From assembly GCA_965197475.1 (NCBI GenBank), contig CBDANF010000003.1, positions 1,440,001-1,504,000 of the forward strand: a DNA stretch of 64,000 nt, in the 5' to 3' direction. The notes beneath the pieces are model-generated. The model searched no databases. It saw only the letters and a list, made by a program, of their open reading frames with translations, and had not been told where the DNA came from. This stretch comes from Candidatus Poribacteria bacterium (GTDB taxonomy: Bacteria > Poribacteria > WGA-4E > WGA-3G). A program made the translations under genes and the position numbers. Shown here in pieces: positions 40,753 to 50,301 of the stretch. Position 1 is the stretch's first letter. Each line of letters starts with the position of its first letter.

Positions 40753-40781
40753 TTGACTTTCAGAAAAAATTCGGGTACACT
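40753..40781 (+). promoter_or_regulatory. Sigma70-type promoter
   Basis: TTGACT-N17-TACACT upstream of 40826. Confidence 0.55.
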
Positions 40782-40825
40782 TAATGATAACCGTATTAAA
40801 TTGAACTGAAAGGAATTAACTTCCT

Positions 40826-41365
40826 ATGAAACATTTTAGCACAACTCCGAAATGGTTTGTCATCGGGGTATGTTGTATTTTTATCCTTAGCTTGATGATA
40901 TTACCCGCACATGCAGCAAGACGTTCGCATGGTCTTGCTATTACCTTGTTTGTATCTGGAATGGGTATGCAAGTCGGTAGTACACTGCTGGATACTTCTG
41001 CTCAAAATCAGTATGAAGATTATCTTTCTACCACAATCCAAGCAGATATTCAAAGTCAAAAAAGCACTGTTGTTGCAAGAAATAGTGCAAGCGTTGTCAT
41101 GTCTCGTGTCGGGTTTGGATGCATAGGACTTGCTGTAATTCTATCCATTCGTAACCAATTATTGGACACCACCGCAACCCCGGAGGCTCCAGTAGCACAA
41201 ACCCACGGCAACCCGAACCTCAACACACGATACGCAACAATTTTAACGTCCTCACATATATCATTGAGGTCTCAGATTTTAGGTGAATCGCAGATGTTCA
41301 GCTTTCGTCCACACTACGACTTCCAAAATCAGCGAGCCAGTCTACAATTCTTACACCGTTTCTAA
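40826..41365 (+). CDS. Hypothetical exported/membrane protein
   Basis: Signal peptide ending AHA-A, two hydrophobic segments, C-terminal Phe. Confidence 0.65.
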   Translation: MKHFSTTPKWFVIGVCCIFILSLMILPAHAARRSHGLAITLFVSGMGMQVGSTLLDTSAQNQYEDYLSTTIQADIQSQKSTVVARNSASVVMSRVGFGCIGLAVILSIRNQLLDTTATPEAPVAQTHGNPNLNTRYATILTSSHISLRSQILGESQMFSFRPHYDFQNQRASLQFLHRF

Positions 41366-41451
41366 TGCTTCTATCTCATCACAGTCGGCGTGTCTGAATA
41401 CGCCATATTCAAATATGAGTAAAACAATCAATTTGTGGAGGAGAAAATTAG

Positions 41452-42585
41452 ATGTATTCATTTAGTTGTTTTTTTAAAGTGCTATCAAGGTGTTTTCTGT
41501 TAAGAAACCCATCCCTACTTTTTATACCTTTGTTCCTGATAATTACGGTGTTTGTCGCATGCACTAACACCGAAGATTTCGCGAACCCGCTTGACTCAGA
41601 AAACTTGCGTACGGCAGGAGCTCCTAAAAATCTCACGCTTTACCCCGGAGATAGGGAGGTGCGTTTGACCTGGACTGAAACCGGAACGGAAGGTATAAAG
41701 GCATACAAAATCTATCGACGTTTAACAGATAATCCTGATGCACCGTTTGAGTTAGTCGCAACAGTTGATGCACCCGCAAGTGAGTTTGTGGATACTCTGA
41801 ATATCGAAAACGATCTCCGAGATTCAGAAGGAAACGTGCTCGCGTATGAATATCGCATCTCATACATTGATATGAATGATGTTGAAACGCCAGATCCGGC
41901 TAACCCGCCAAACATTACAGATCAACCTCTACGTATCTGGCAGACAGCCACTACAACACCCAGTATCCCACCACCAGTTCCAGTTGTAACTATTGGAGAA
42001 CCAACTGATCTTGTAGTGTACCTATTTTGGGAAGATTATGTAATTCCACCCGATTTTTCTATGTTTAGAGTTGACGCAGCAAGAGATCCAGGTGATGGGC
42101 AACCACTTACTTTTAAGACTGTTGCAGAGCAAAAATCTGATCAACTCTACTATCTTGATGCCAATTTCATAGAGGACAATGTCAAAAGGGTGTATCGTGT
42201 TACCGCTATTGATGAATTTGGGGTAGAAGCAACTACCACTATTAGTGCGACCACCCCCAACCTACCGCCCACACCCCCAAAAAACTTTCAGGCACTCAAT
42301 GTCCGCCTTTCCCCTTTTAACTATAAGCACAATGTTATTTTTACGTGGACTGCCAATACAGAGCAGGACATTGATGGATACCAAATCTATACGAAAGATG
42401 CTGAAGATAATCTGCTGCCGCGTCTAAAAGTTAAGCGAGACAAAGATAATGCTATCATTTATGGCCAAGACCCGGTGGTAATTGATGGAGTTCCGTCTTA
42501 TAGAAGTTACTTCATTACCGCATTCGACAACACACCACGCCCTGATGGCGAGCTTGACGAAAGCGAAATGGTAGAAGCACAATAA
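41452..42585 (+). CDS. Lipoprotein with fibronectin type III-like domains
   Basis: Lipobox FVAC followed by F.NPLD; P.NL...V.LTW...YKIYR and Y..TA.D motifs. Confidence 0.75.
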   Translation: MYSFSCFFKVLSRCFLLRNPSLLFIPLFLIITVFVACTNTEDFANPLDSENLRTAGAPKNLTLYPGDREVRLTWTETGTEGIKAYKIYRRLTDNPDAPFELVATVDAPASEFVDTLNIENDLRDSEGNVLAYEYRISYIDMNDVETPDPANPPNITDQPLRIWQTATTTPSIPPPVPVVTIGEPTDLVVYLFWEDYVIPPDFSMFRVDAARDPGDGQPLTFKTVAEQKSDQLYYLDANFIEDNVKRVYRVTAIDEFGVEATTTISATTPNLPPTPPKNFQALNVRLSPFNYKHNVIFTWTANTEQDIDGYQIYTKDAEDNLLPRLKVKRDKDNAIIYGQDPVVIDGVPSYRSYFITAFDNTPRPDGELDESEMVEAQ

Positions 42586-42637
42586 GTTTTGTAACTCACA
42601 CAGATTGATAATTACTATAGCATAGAAAGGATAAACA

Positions 42638-43588
42638 ATGTACCTTAAAAACCGAATCGTTTTTGGAATCATTTGCGTTCTCGTCACAGTTAGTTTCCCG
42701 ATTTTCGCACAATCACCACCGATTCCACAACTGACCACTATCCCAACCGCAGAACCGATGGGCAAAGGGGGCTCTTCCACGTCTTTTGGATTGTTCCAGC
42801 ATATCGATTCAATCCCGGAGGACGAGAAGGATGCTAAAATTCAGAATGTCAACATCGGAGGATTTGAAGAACGCCACCCCGTCTCACTCAAAATTGAGAC
42901 ATTTCTCATACCTGTCCGATTTACCTACGGCTTAAGTGATCAACTTGATCTGAAACTCGGTGCAACGCTCTCTACAGGTGGCGTGAAGAAAGTGGTTCAC
43001 GATTTCTATAACATAGGAGACCCGCTCCTTGAGTCAAACCGGGTTTACGAACAACCGCTCTATGATGGACTGATCGGTCTCAAATATAACATAAAGCCTG
43101 ATCTAAACGATGGATTTCCGAGTATCTCTATCGGTGGAGATGTCTATTCAGGATTCACCGCAGACGACCGCCCCAATTCTGCTGGTGAATTTCTTGACCA
43201 CAGTCCGATTGATGGCTTTCCATTTGTCGGTATCAACACCTATTTTGTCGGCACACAAAAAATCGCCAGATATCTTAAAATCCATGCGGGAGCTGGGATT
43301 TTGTTATCCTCAAAAACACTCAGAACGACTGACTTCTTTACGCTCAATTGGCAGGCCGGTGGCGAATTAGCTTTATCAGACAGCATGTGGTTCGCAGCCG
43401 ATTTTTCCCGTGAACTCCAATATGCAGGACTGAACGTCTCAAATATTATAGGTCTCGCATTTCGTTATGAAGTTTCCAATACGTTAGCATTCCAAATCGG
43501 AATCAACAACCTGCCAGGGGTTCAGTTTAATCTGACGTTAGGCGGCGAAAAGGCGAAGGAAATGGAAGAGAATAAGCTGCTATTTTAG
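42638..43588 (+). CDS. Putative outer-membrane beta-barrel protein
   Basis: Signal peptide; PTAEPMGKG motif; alternating amphipathic beta strands (GLKYNI, WQAGGEL, LAFRYEV). Confidence 0.6.
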   Translation: MYLKNRIVFGIICVLVTVSFPIFAQSPPIPQLTTIPTAEPMGKGGSSTSFGLFQHIDSIPEDEKDAKIQNVNIGGFEERHPVSLKIETFLIPVRFTYGLSDQLDLKLGATLSTGGVKKVVHDFYNIGDPLLESNRVYEQPLYDGLIGLKYNIKPDLNDGFPSISIGGDVYSGFTADDRPNSAGEFLDHSPIDGFPFVGINTYFVGTQKIARYLKIHAGAGILLSSKTLRTTDFFTLNWQAGGELALSDSMWFAADFSRELQYAGLNVSNIIGLAFRYEVSNTLAFQIGINNLPGVQFNLTLGGEKAKEMEENKLLF

Positions 43589-43636
43589 CGTCTTCCTACG
43601 TGTAGAAAAGACTACCCTGTGTCAATTTAAGGCATG

Positions 43637-43673
43637 GTCTCCACCGAATGCTGCGAGCGCATTCGGTGGAGAC
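43637..43673. repeat. 15-bp perfect stem-loop upstream of dtd
   Basis: GTCTCCACCGAATGC-N7-GCATTCGGTGGAGAC. Confidence 0.85.
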
Positions 43674-43701
43674 TTGTTGCCTCATCCCTATAAAAAAGTT
43701 A

Positions 43702-44151
43702 ATGAGAGCTGTTATCCAACGTGTAAAATCAGCAAGTGTGAAGGTAGAAGGTGAACTCGTTTCTGAAATTGGAGCGGGATTACTTATATTCCTTGGCATT
43801 GCGCATGACGATACCGAAGCAGAATTAGGCTATATTGCGAATAAGGTCGCGAATCTACGTATCTTTGAGGATGCGGATGGCAAAATGAACTGTTCACTCC
43901 TTGAAACCGGCGGTTCAGCACTTGTCGTCTCACAATTTACACTCTACGGTGATTGCCGCAAAGGGCGACGACCGAGTTTTATCAATGCTGCGCGTCCAGA
44001 AGTAGCAAACGCCCTTTATGAACAGTTCATCACCGCCTTAAAACAACTGGACATCCCTACACAAGGTGGTACCTTTCAAGCAATGATGGACGTGCAACTG
44101 ATTAATGACGGCCCGGTTACCATTCTGTTAGACAGCGATAAGCAGTTTTGA
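43702..44151 (+). CDS. dtd: D-aminoacyl-tRNA deacylase
   Basis: [32 protein letters not shown]. Confidence 0.97.
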   Translation: MRAVIQRVKSASVKVEGELVSEIGAGLLIFLGIAHDDTEAELGYIANKVANLRIFEDADGKMNCSLLETGGSALVVSQFTLYGDCRKGRRPSFINAARPEVANALYEQFITALKQLDIPTQGGTFQAMMDVQLINDGPVTILLDSDKQF

Positions 44152-44191
44152 ACTGGAATATGAAAGCGATGCACTTATAGTGTAAAATAAA

Positions 44192-45007
44192 ATGGAACAT
44201 TCTGAGAACATTGATACTATCAAACTTGGGGACTGCATTGAGTTGATGTCCGAAATACCGGATGAGTGTGTTGATCTCGTCATAACAGATCCGCCATTTG
44301 CCATTGACTTTAAAGCAACTCGACACAACTACAACCGAACAGGCAGTCGCGTTCTTCAAGGTTACAACGAAATTGAAGGACACGACTATTTTGCCTTTAC
44401 GCTTGAGTGGCTTTCACAAGCGACAAGAGTGCTAAAAGATTCTGGCAGTATGTATATCTTCTCAGGTTGGAATTACCTCAAAGACCTTTTGATAGCAATT
44501 GATGAATGTGGTCTCACGACAGTTAATCACCTCATTTGGAAATATCAGTTTGGAGTTGTCACCAAGCGTAAATACGTTACTTCTCACTACCACTGCCTCT
44601 TTTTATGTAAAGACGACAAAAAACGGCAATTTTATCCTTTCCATCGCTTTGAAAAAGATGCAAAGACCGAAACCGGAGGCTCCGCACACTACAAAGACAA
44701 GGAAGATGTCTGGGAAATCAAGAGGGAATATTGGCAGGGTGCCGTGAAAACACCCACAAAATTGCCAGCTGAACTCATTGAAAAAATTCTTGATTACTCA
44801 AGTCAGAAAGGTGATGTTGTTTTAGATCCTTTTTTGGGTTCTGGGCAGGTTGCTGTTGTCAGCAAAATGAAGGGGCGGCATTACATAGGTTTTGAGATCG
44901 TTCCTGCATATTATGAATTTGCACGCGAACGGCTTGAGTCGGGGAAATATCTAATTCATAAAACGGAAGATGAACCCTCATGGGATTTGTTCAGAGAGGA
45001 AGAATAA
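44192..45007 (+). CDS. Type II DNA methyltransferase, N4C/N6A beta class
   Basis: DPPF (motif IV) precedes LDPFLGSG (motif I); PTKLP. Confidence 0.93.
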   Translation: MEHSENIDTIKLGDCIELMSEIPDECVDLVITDPPFAIDFKATRHNYNRTGSRVLQGYNEIEGHDYFAFTLEWLSQATRVLKDSGSMYIFSGWNYLKDLLIAIDECGLTTVNHLIWKYQFGVVTKRKYVTSHYHCLFLCKDDKKRQFYPFHRFEKDAKTETGGSAHYKDKEDVWEIKREYWQGAVKTPTKLPAELIEKILDYSSQKGDVVLDPFLGSGQVAVVSKMKGRHYIGFEIVPAYYEFARERLESGKYLIHKTEDEPSWDLFREEE

Positions 45008-45013
45008 TTTATA

Positions 45014-45679
45014 ATGTTAGAACAAAAGATCGTGGACACGGTTAAGAAATTGCAAATTGCCTCGCGAAACATACCAAAAATTTGGGATGGTAGAAACTCT
45101 ATCATTGAAATGAAAGATGCAGGATCAAAGCAGTGGAGGCAAATGGAATGGATGGGGTTTTACTTTGAATTTTTGTGTCAAAAAAATTTTGCTAACATCA
45201 TTGATATGCCCGGAAAAAAGTATGGCAATACAGAGCTTGACGCATTTAGTGGAATTTCATGGGACTTTAAAGCACATGCAGCTAATACGACAAACCATAC
45301 GGTCATTACAAATGATGCGGAAGCAATTGCAAACACGATAGATGATTACGATTACTACGGATTAATTCTTGCAATAGGTGAAGTAGAGTACAATGACGAA
45401 GAAAGAACCTTCAAAAAATGGCATGATGAACTGAAAGAGGGAATCAGCAAATATGAAGTGAACCGAATAAACAGAGGAGCGATGTCACGAAGACGTAAAA
45501 CAGAGTTTGTTTTGTCGGAAATCCACTTTATCTGTTTTGAGACTGAAACACTAAGTCTATGTTGTGGTTCATTTCAGAAAGGTTTTAGAAATGCCGACGG
45601 TAGTCCAAGACGCGAGAAAATCACGGTAAATATCCGCAAAATTCCAGATGCAGCCCTAATTGCCACTGAGGAATTTTAG
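45014..45679 (+). CDS. Probable cognate type II restriction endonuclease
   Basis: 6 bp downstream of the MTase; GFYFE...LD...WDFKAH resembles PD-(D/E)xK. Confidence 0.7.
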   Translation: MLEQKIVDTVKKLQIASRNIPKIWDGRNSIIEMKDAGSKQWRQMEWMGFYFEFLCQKNFANIIDMPGKKYGNTELDAFSGISWDFKAHAANTTNHTVITNDAEAIANTIDDYDYYGLILAIGEVEYNDEERTFKKWHDELKEGISKYEVNRINRGAMSRRRKTEFVLSEIHFICFETETLSLCCGSFQKGFRNADGSPRREKITVNIRKIPDAALIATEEF

Positions 45680-45741
45680 AAAATAGGATTTTTCAAATTG
45701 CAAAGTAGGCGCGCTTACAAAGCGCGCCTATCAACTTTATG

Positions 45742-45999
45742 TAATACCAAATTAACGGGATTAGTCTTATTTTTCTGGGCAGACTGCGCGCTTACAAGCG
45801 CGCCTACCGAGTGGGATCAAGTTAATTTGGTATAATACCCAATTAACGCTTTTTTATTGTGATATCTCTATGCATTGCAAGGGACATTTTCAGAAAGTTC
45901 TAATCAGGTTAATAAGGATGGACTCAAAACCCAAATCAGACAAGATGTCAATCAGTTACAGACGAAATAATGCAATACAATCTCTTAGAAATGGTATAA
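45742..45999. mobile_element. Two abutting IS630-type MITEs
   Basis: 45742-45835 matches the 3222 element; the second begins TAATACCCAATTAAC (45833) and ends AGAAATGGTATAA like the IS630 right end. Confidence 0.7.
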
Positions 46000-46000
46000 T

Positions 46001-46153
46001 ATACTATTTGAGTTTGAATATATGTTTATTAGGATGATATCCCATGCGCGATAAAAATTAAGTAAATTTATACAGTCAAAACGCATTTTCATGATGTTAT
46101 ACCCTTTTTGATGTGATTATCATTAGGGACCAGACGATTGTAAGAAATATCAG
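46001..46153 (-). mobile_element. Left-end remnant of an IS701-like element (inverted)
   Basis: Minus strand CTGATATTTCTTACAA identical to 23465; CATGAAAATGCGTTTT and GCGCATGGGATATCATCCTAAT shared with the other copies. Confidence 0.75.
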
Positions 46154-46224
46154 TAACTTTAATGTGAAAAAACGGGAAAACGGTGATAGTGAGTGGTTGA
46201 GAAAGCACAATTGAAATTTCCAAT

Positions 46225-46956
46225 CTATAGCAAATTAACATAGTTGCAAAGGTCTCGGAGTGCAATGACATTATAACCATTTTCGGCAAGATAAGCCATA
46301 TAGGCTTCAAATGCTTCAGGTTCCGTATGAACCCATGGATGTTCCAGATCGGGAACACCGTGAAATGTCAGAACAGGAATATTTCCTTCTGTTGCTTGTG
46401 CAAGTGCCCACGTGAAATCATCAAAATTCCAATTCGGTCCCGAAGCACCTGTCGTTGGAATCAAAAGTGGATGATGAACTGTCGGATTATAAACAGGACC
46501 CCGACCCCCTTCAGAGTTGTAGGAAAACTCAGGAGCAACGCCACGACGGGCAAAATGGAAACCGTGTTCATCCAGAACCCTGACTGCCGCTTCATTATGA
46601 TTGTAACCTGGATAACAAAAGGTTGTCGGACGTGAGATGCCATATTCTTCACAACGTGCATCAATATGCTGTAGATCGTCTTTCAACTCTTGGTCTGATT
46701 GTTGCGTAACGTTTCGGTGATGGTGGGTGTGGTTCCCGATTTCAAACCCAGTATCATGTAATCCACGTACCTCTTCCCATGTCATATAGGCTTCTTTATT
46801 GTTCAGAAAGCCAAGACCTTCAGTAATATAGAAAGTTGCACCGAAGCCGTACCTTGTCAAGATTGGTGCTGCAAAGGTTGCTTGCGATTTACATCCATCA
46901 TCAAACGTGAGGACAACAAGTTTATCTGGTATCGGTTTGTGTGAAATCTGAGTCAT
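46225..46956 (-). CDS. Polysaccharide deacetylase (CE4/NodB) family
   Basis: LTFDDG, ATFY, EIGNHTHHH, FCYPG, LTFHG. Confidence 0.92.
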   Translation of the reverse strand: MTQISHKPIPDKLVVLTFDDGCKSQATFAAPILTRYGFGATFYITEGLGFLNNKEAYMTWEEVRGLHDTGFEIGNHTHHHRNVTQQSDQELKDDLQHIDARCEEYGISRPTTFCYPGYNHNEAAVRVLDEHGFHFARRGVAPEFSYNSEGGRGPVYNPTVHHPLLIPTTGASGPNWNFDDFTWALAQATEGNIPVLTFHGVPDLEHPWVHTEPEAFEAYMAYLAENGYNVIALRDLCNYVNLL

Positions 46957-47075
46957 ATTGGTAAAACTACCTGTTCAAGAAGTTTAGGATGTCAACACTA
47001 TCTCAAATACCACATTATTATACATCAGAGAATTGTGTAGGTCAAGCAAAACCTTATTAAAGAATAATAATTTTC

Positions 47076-47104
47076 TTGACAAAATTGAGGTGCGATTGTA
47101 AGAT
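47076..47104 (+). promoter_or_regulatory. Sigma70-type promoter
   Basis: TTGACA-N17-TAAGAT; RBS GGAGG before ATG 47124. Confidence 0.55.
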
Positions 47105-47123
47105 GGAATTGGAGGTGAAAACT

Positions 47124-48116
47124 ATGATTGATCGACGTGAATTTCTAAAGTCAATTGCAGGTTTGACAACGGGAATCCTTCTATCTTCAGGAGGTGTAGA
47201 GGGTCAGGAATCGAAACCTTCAAGCGACCGTTTAGGGACACTCCTACCGATGCGAAAATTCGGCAGAACAGATGAAGCTATAACAATGCTGGGAGTCGGT
47301 GGTTGGCACATTGGTGATATGGAAGAAGCTGAAGCACAAAAGACAATTGAGACCGCTCTTGAAGGTGGTGTCCGTTTCTTTGATTCCGCGGAATCCTACC
47401 AAGCTGGCGGAAGTGAGAAACGCTTAGGAAAATTGCTTATTCCAAAATATCGCGATGATGTTTTTGTCATGAGTAAGACAACTGCACGTGATGCCGAAAC
47501 TGCCAGAAAACATCTTGAAGGTTCACTGAAACGCCTCAATACCGAGCGGCTTGACCTCTGGCAGGTACACGCTGTCCGTAACCCTGCAGATGTAGATGAG
47601 AGGATTGATAAAAAGGTTTTTGATGTGATGGTTGAAGCAAAGGAATCCGGGAAAACCCGTTTTATTGGGTTTACAGGACATACGAGCCCGTCTGCACATC
47701 AACGTGTATTAGAGAAATCCAGCATTTTTGATGCTTGTCAACTGCCAGTAAACCTTGCCGACATGAGTTACGAAAGTTTTATTGAGGGCGTAATTCCTAA
47801 GCTTGTTGAGCGGAACATAGGCGTAATTGGAATGAAATCATTAGCAAATGGAGGCTTCTTCGGTGGTTCTAAACATGGCAAACACGGTCCAAACCCAAGA
47901 GTCGTCCCGAATTGGGTAAGTATTCCAGAAGCCCTCCGTTTTGTCTGGTCATTCCCTGTCAGCACGCTTGTCACCGGTCCTGATAATGCAGTACAGATGC
48001 AAGAAAAAATTGATATCGCCAGGGCTTTCTCTGGCATGAATGAGACTGAACGGAAAAAACTGATAGATAAAGTTGCGGACATGGCTGGCACAAAAGTTGA
48101 ATTCTACAAAGCATAA
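47124..48116 (+). CDS. Tat-exported aldo/keto reductase
   Basis: DRREFLK Tat motif; FFDSAESY..G.SE..LG, SL.RL.T..LDLWQVH, RFIGFTGH. Confidence 0.9.
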   Translation: MIDRREFLKSIAGLTTGILLSSGGVEGQESKPSSDRLGTLLPMRKFGRTDEAITMLGVGGWHIGDMEEAEAQKTIETALEGGVRFFDSAESYQAGGSEKRLGKLLIPKYRDDVFVMSKTTARDAETARKHLEGSLKRLNTERLDLWQVHAVRNPADVDERIDKKVFDVMVEAKESGKTRFIGFTGHTSPSAHQRVLEKSSIFDACQLPVNLADMSYESFIEGVIPKLVERNIGVIGMKSLANGGFFGGSKHGKHGPNPRVVPNWVSIPEALRFVWSFPVSTLVTGPDNAVQMQEKIDIARAFSGMNETERKKLIDKVADMAGTKVEFYKA

Positions 48117-48238
48117 TAGTCTTGATGAATTTCTGTTTTCCGTTGATACAAGTTTTTCGTGAAATTTGACCTGTTACTCCAATAATATAATTCTCTTAGT
48201 ACTTACGAAATTTTCACAATTTATCAATAAACTATTTC

Positions 48239-49224
48239 GGCTCATGTAAAAAGTAAGTGCTATTTTTTCAAAGTTATGTTAGCGTGTTACCTATGGACTT
48301 TCCAATACAATCTCTCCTGGATGAAGAAAAAACTCAAGCGTGGGTGTTGGATCATTTCCACCCTCAAGGGCTGTGTTGCCCAAAATGCCAAGCGAGCGTG
48401 GCGGAGGCACGCAAGTTCCGTCCGACTGAAACAAGTGGTCTACAAGTGTATCGCTGCAAACACTGTGAGAGCATCTACAACCTCTATACCGGGACGGTCT
48501 TTGCTGGCACGCAGTTTCGTCCCTCACAGGTCGTTCTGCTTTTGCGCGGTGTCTGTCAAGGTGTTTCAAGTGCACAACTCGGGTGTGAACTGGGTCTAAG
48601 TCGTCAAACCGTTCTTTCTATAAGACGTAAACTCCAAACTTCGGCAGAGCAGATACAACCCGAAGCTGCTTTACCTGATACTGAAGTCGAAACAGATGAG
48701 ATGTTTCAAAACGCCGGTGAAAAAGGCGATAAGCACGTTGATGCTTCGGATCCGCCGCGTCGGCGTGGCAATAAACGCAGGGGACATGGGACTTATGACA
48801 ATGATCGTCCGCCTATTGTTGGGACGAAAGGTCGCGAAAGCGGTCTCCTGAGATTACGTGTTGTGCGGCACACCGATTCTGCGACGCTTTCAACACACGT
48901 TCATCAGTGGACGTTGCCGACTTCAACGGTGTATACGGATGGTTGGCGTGGCTATAACCGTATTCAGCGCGCCCGTGAGATTGTTCTCCATAAGGATGGC
49001 GAGTGGGCAAGAGACGCAGACGGTGATGGTCTTTACGAGATCCATACAAGGACGATTGAAGGTGCCTGGACGACGCTGCGAAACTTCCTTCGTCCCTTTC
49101 GTGGCGTTCATAAAAAGTTCCTCGCCGGTTACGTCGCAATCTGTGAGTTCGTCATGAATCTAAAAGCTGTCAGTGTTGATTTTATAGCAAAACTTGTCAA
49201 AAGCACTTACTCTTGACATGAGCG
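48239..49224 (+). mobile_element. IS1595-family element, copy 1
   Basis: TIRs GGCTCATGTAAAAAGTAAGTGC / GCACTTACTCTTGACATGAGCG; 8-bp TSD ACTATTTC; transposase 48293-49216 (CPKC..CKHC, ETDE, YTDGW..Y, H...IEG.W). Confidence 0.95.
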
Positions 49225-49327
49225 ACTATTTCTTGGTAGCTGTGATTTTCACCACGACTTTTGGGAAGGCGCGCTTACAAAGCCGCCTACTGCAATGCGT
49301 AAGTCGTGTTCCTCACGGGGACAAAAG

Positions 49328-50155
49328 ATGCGTCAGTTTTTTTATTTTACACTACTGATAACAGTTCTTTGTGGTTTAGCTAATAGCGCGAATGCTGCGA
49401 ATATTGAAGATGGTCTCTGGATGTATCTACCTTTGAACGAGGGAAAAGGTGAAAAAGTTCGAGACCACGGACCCCACAAATTTGAAACGGAACTAAGTCC
49501 GGAAATTCCTAAATGGGTTGAGGCAAAGCATGACATCATCAAAGATGCGATGGAATTTAATGGAAAAACAAACTATGTGAAAATTGACATGGAGAGTCAA
49601 GGGCATGACATTGACTCTCATTTTGACGAAAAGAGAGGTCTTACAATCTGTGCTTGGGTGAAAGTGGTGGCAACAGCAGTTGATGAACATGGGCAAACGC
49701 GCCAACCAATAGTTATTAAAGGCTTCCATGATGTATGGGAATTCGCTCTTTACATATACGACGACTTCGGCGCGGGTTTGTCGGTTTGGAACTGTGCAGG
49801 TGGTGGTGTTGCTGAAACGAGTAGTCCAGAAGCTGCGCCGCAGGGAACTTGGATCCACCAATGTGGCACTTTTAAAATAAAGGAAGGCTCCCGTGTTTAT
49901 GTCAACGGCAACAAAGATCCGGTTGCACAAACAGTTGATAATGGGATGATACCTTGTGAAACAGGAACACGACCTGTTTTTATAGCACACCGCGAGGATG
50001 GGCAGTGGTTGAACGCTGTAATTGCTGAAGTCTATATATGGGACAGAGTGATTGATATTGATGAGATGAATCTTGCTATGAAAACAATCGGCAGGTTAGC
50101 CGTTCAACCGGGCGGTAAACTGACCACTACTTGGGGCAACGTCAAACGCAGATAA
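49328..50155 (+). CDS. Secreted LamG/concanavalin-like protein with KLTTTWG tail
   Basis: Signal peptide; LNEGKG...D, AMEFNG, LTICAWV, W.H..GT, VYVNG; ends LAVQPGGKLTTTWGNVKRR. Confidence 0.85.
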   Translation: MRQFFYFTLLITVLCGLANSANAANIEDGLWMYLPLNEGKGEKVRDHGPHKFETELSPEIPKWVEAKHDIIKDAMEFNGKTNYVKIDMESQGHDIDSHFDEKRGLTICAWVKVVATAVDEHGQTRQPIVIKGFHDVWEFALYIYDDFGAGLSVWNCAGGGVAETSSPEAAPQGTWIHQCGTFKIKEGSRVYVNGNKDPVAQTVDNGMIPCETGTRPVFIAHREDGQWLNAVIAEVYIWDRVIDIDEMNLAMKTIGRLAVQPGGKLTTTWGNVKRR

Positions 50156-50301
50156 ACATGATAGTCTATCTCATTAATCATTTGTAAGGCAGAATCAACA
50201 CTGAATGCGCGTTTAACATTCAGCGGGTTTCTGTGCCCGCTAATGCCACACGTGTATTCGGCGATGATTCAAAAGAAACTCCTCCGAAAACTGACAACCC
50301 C

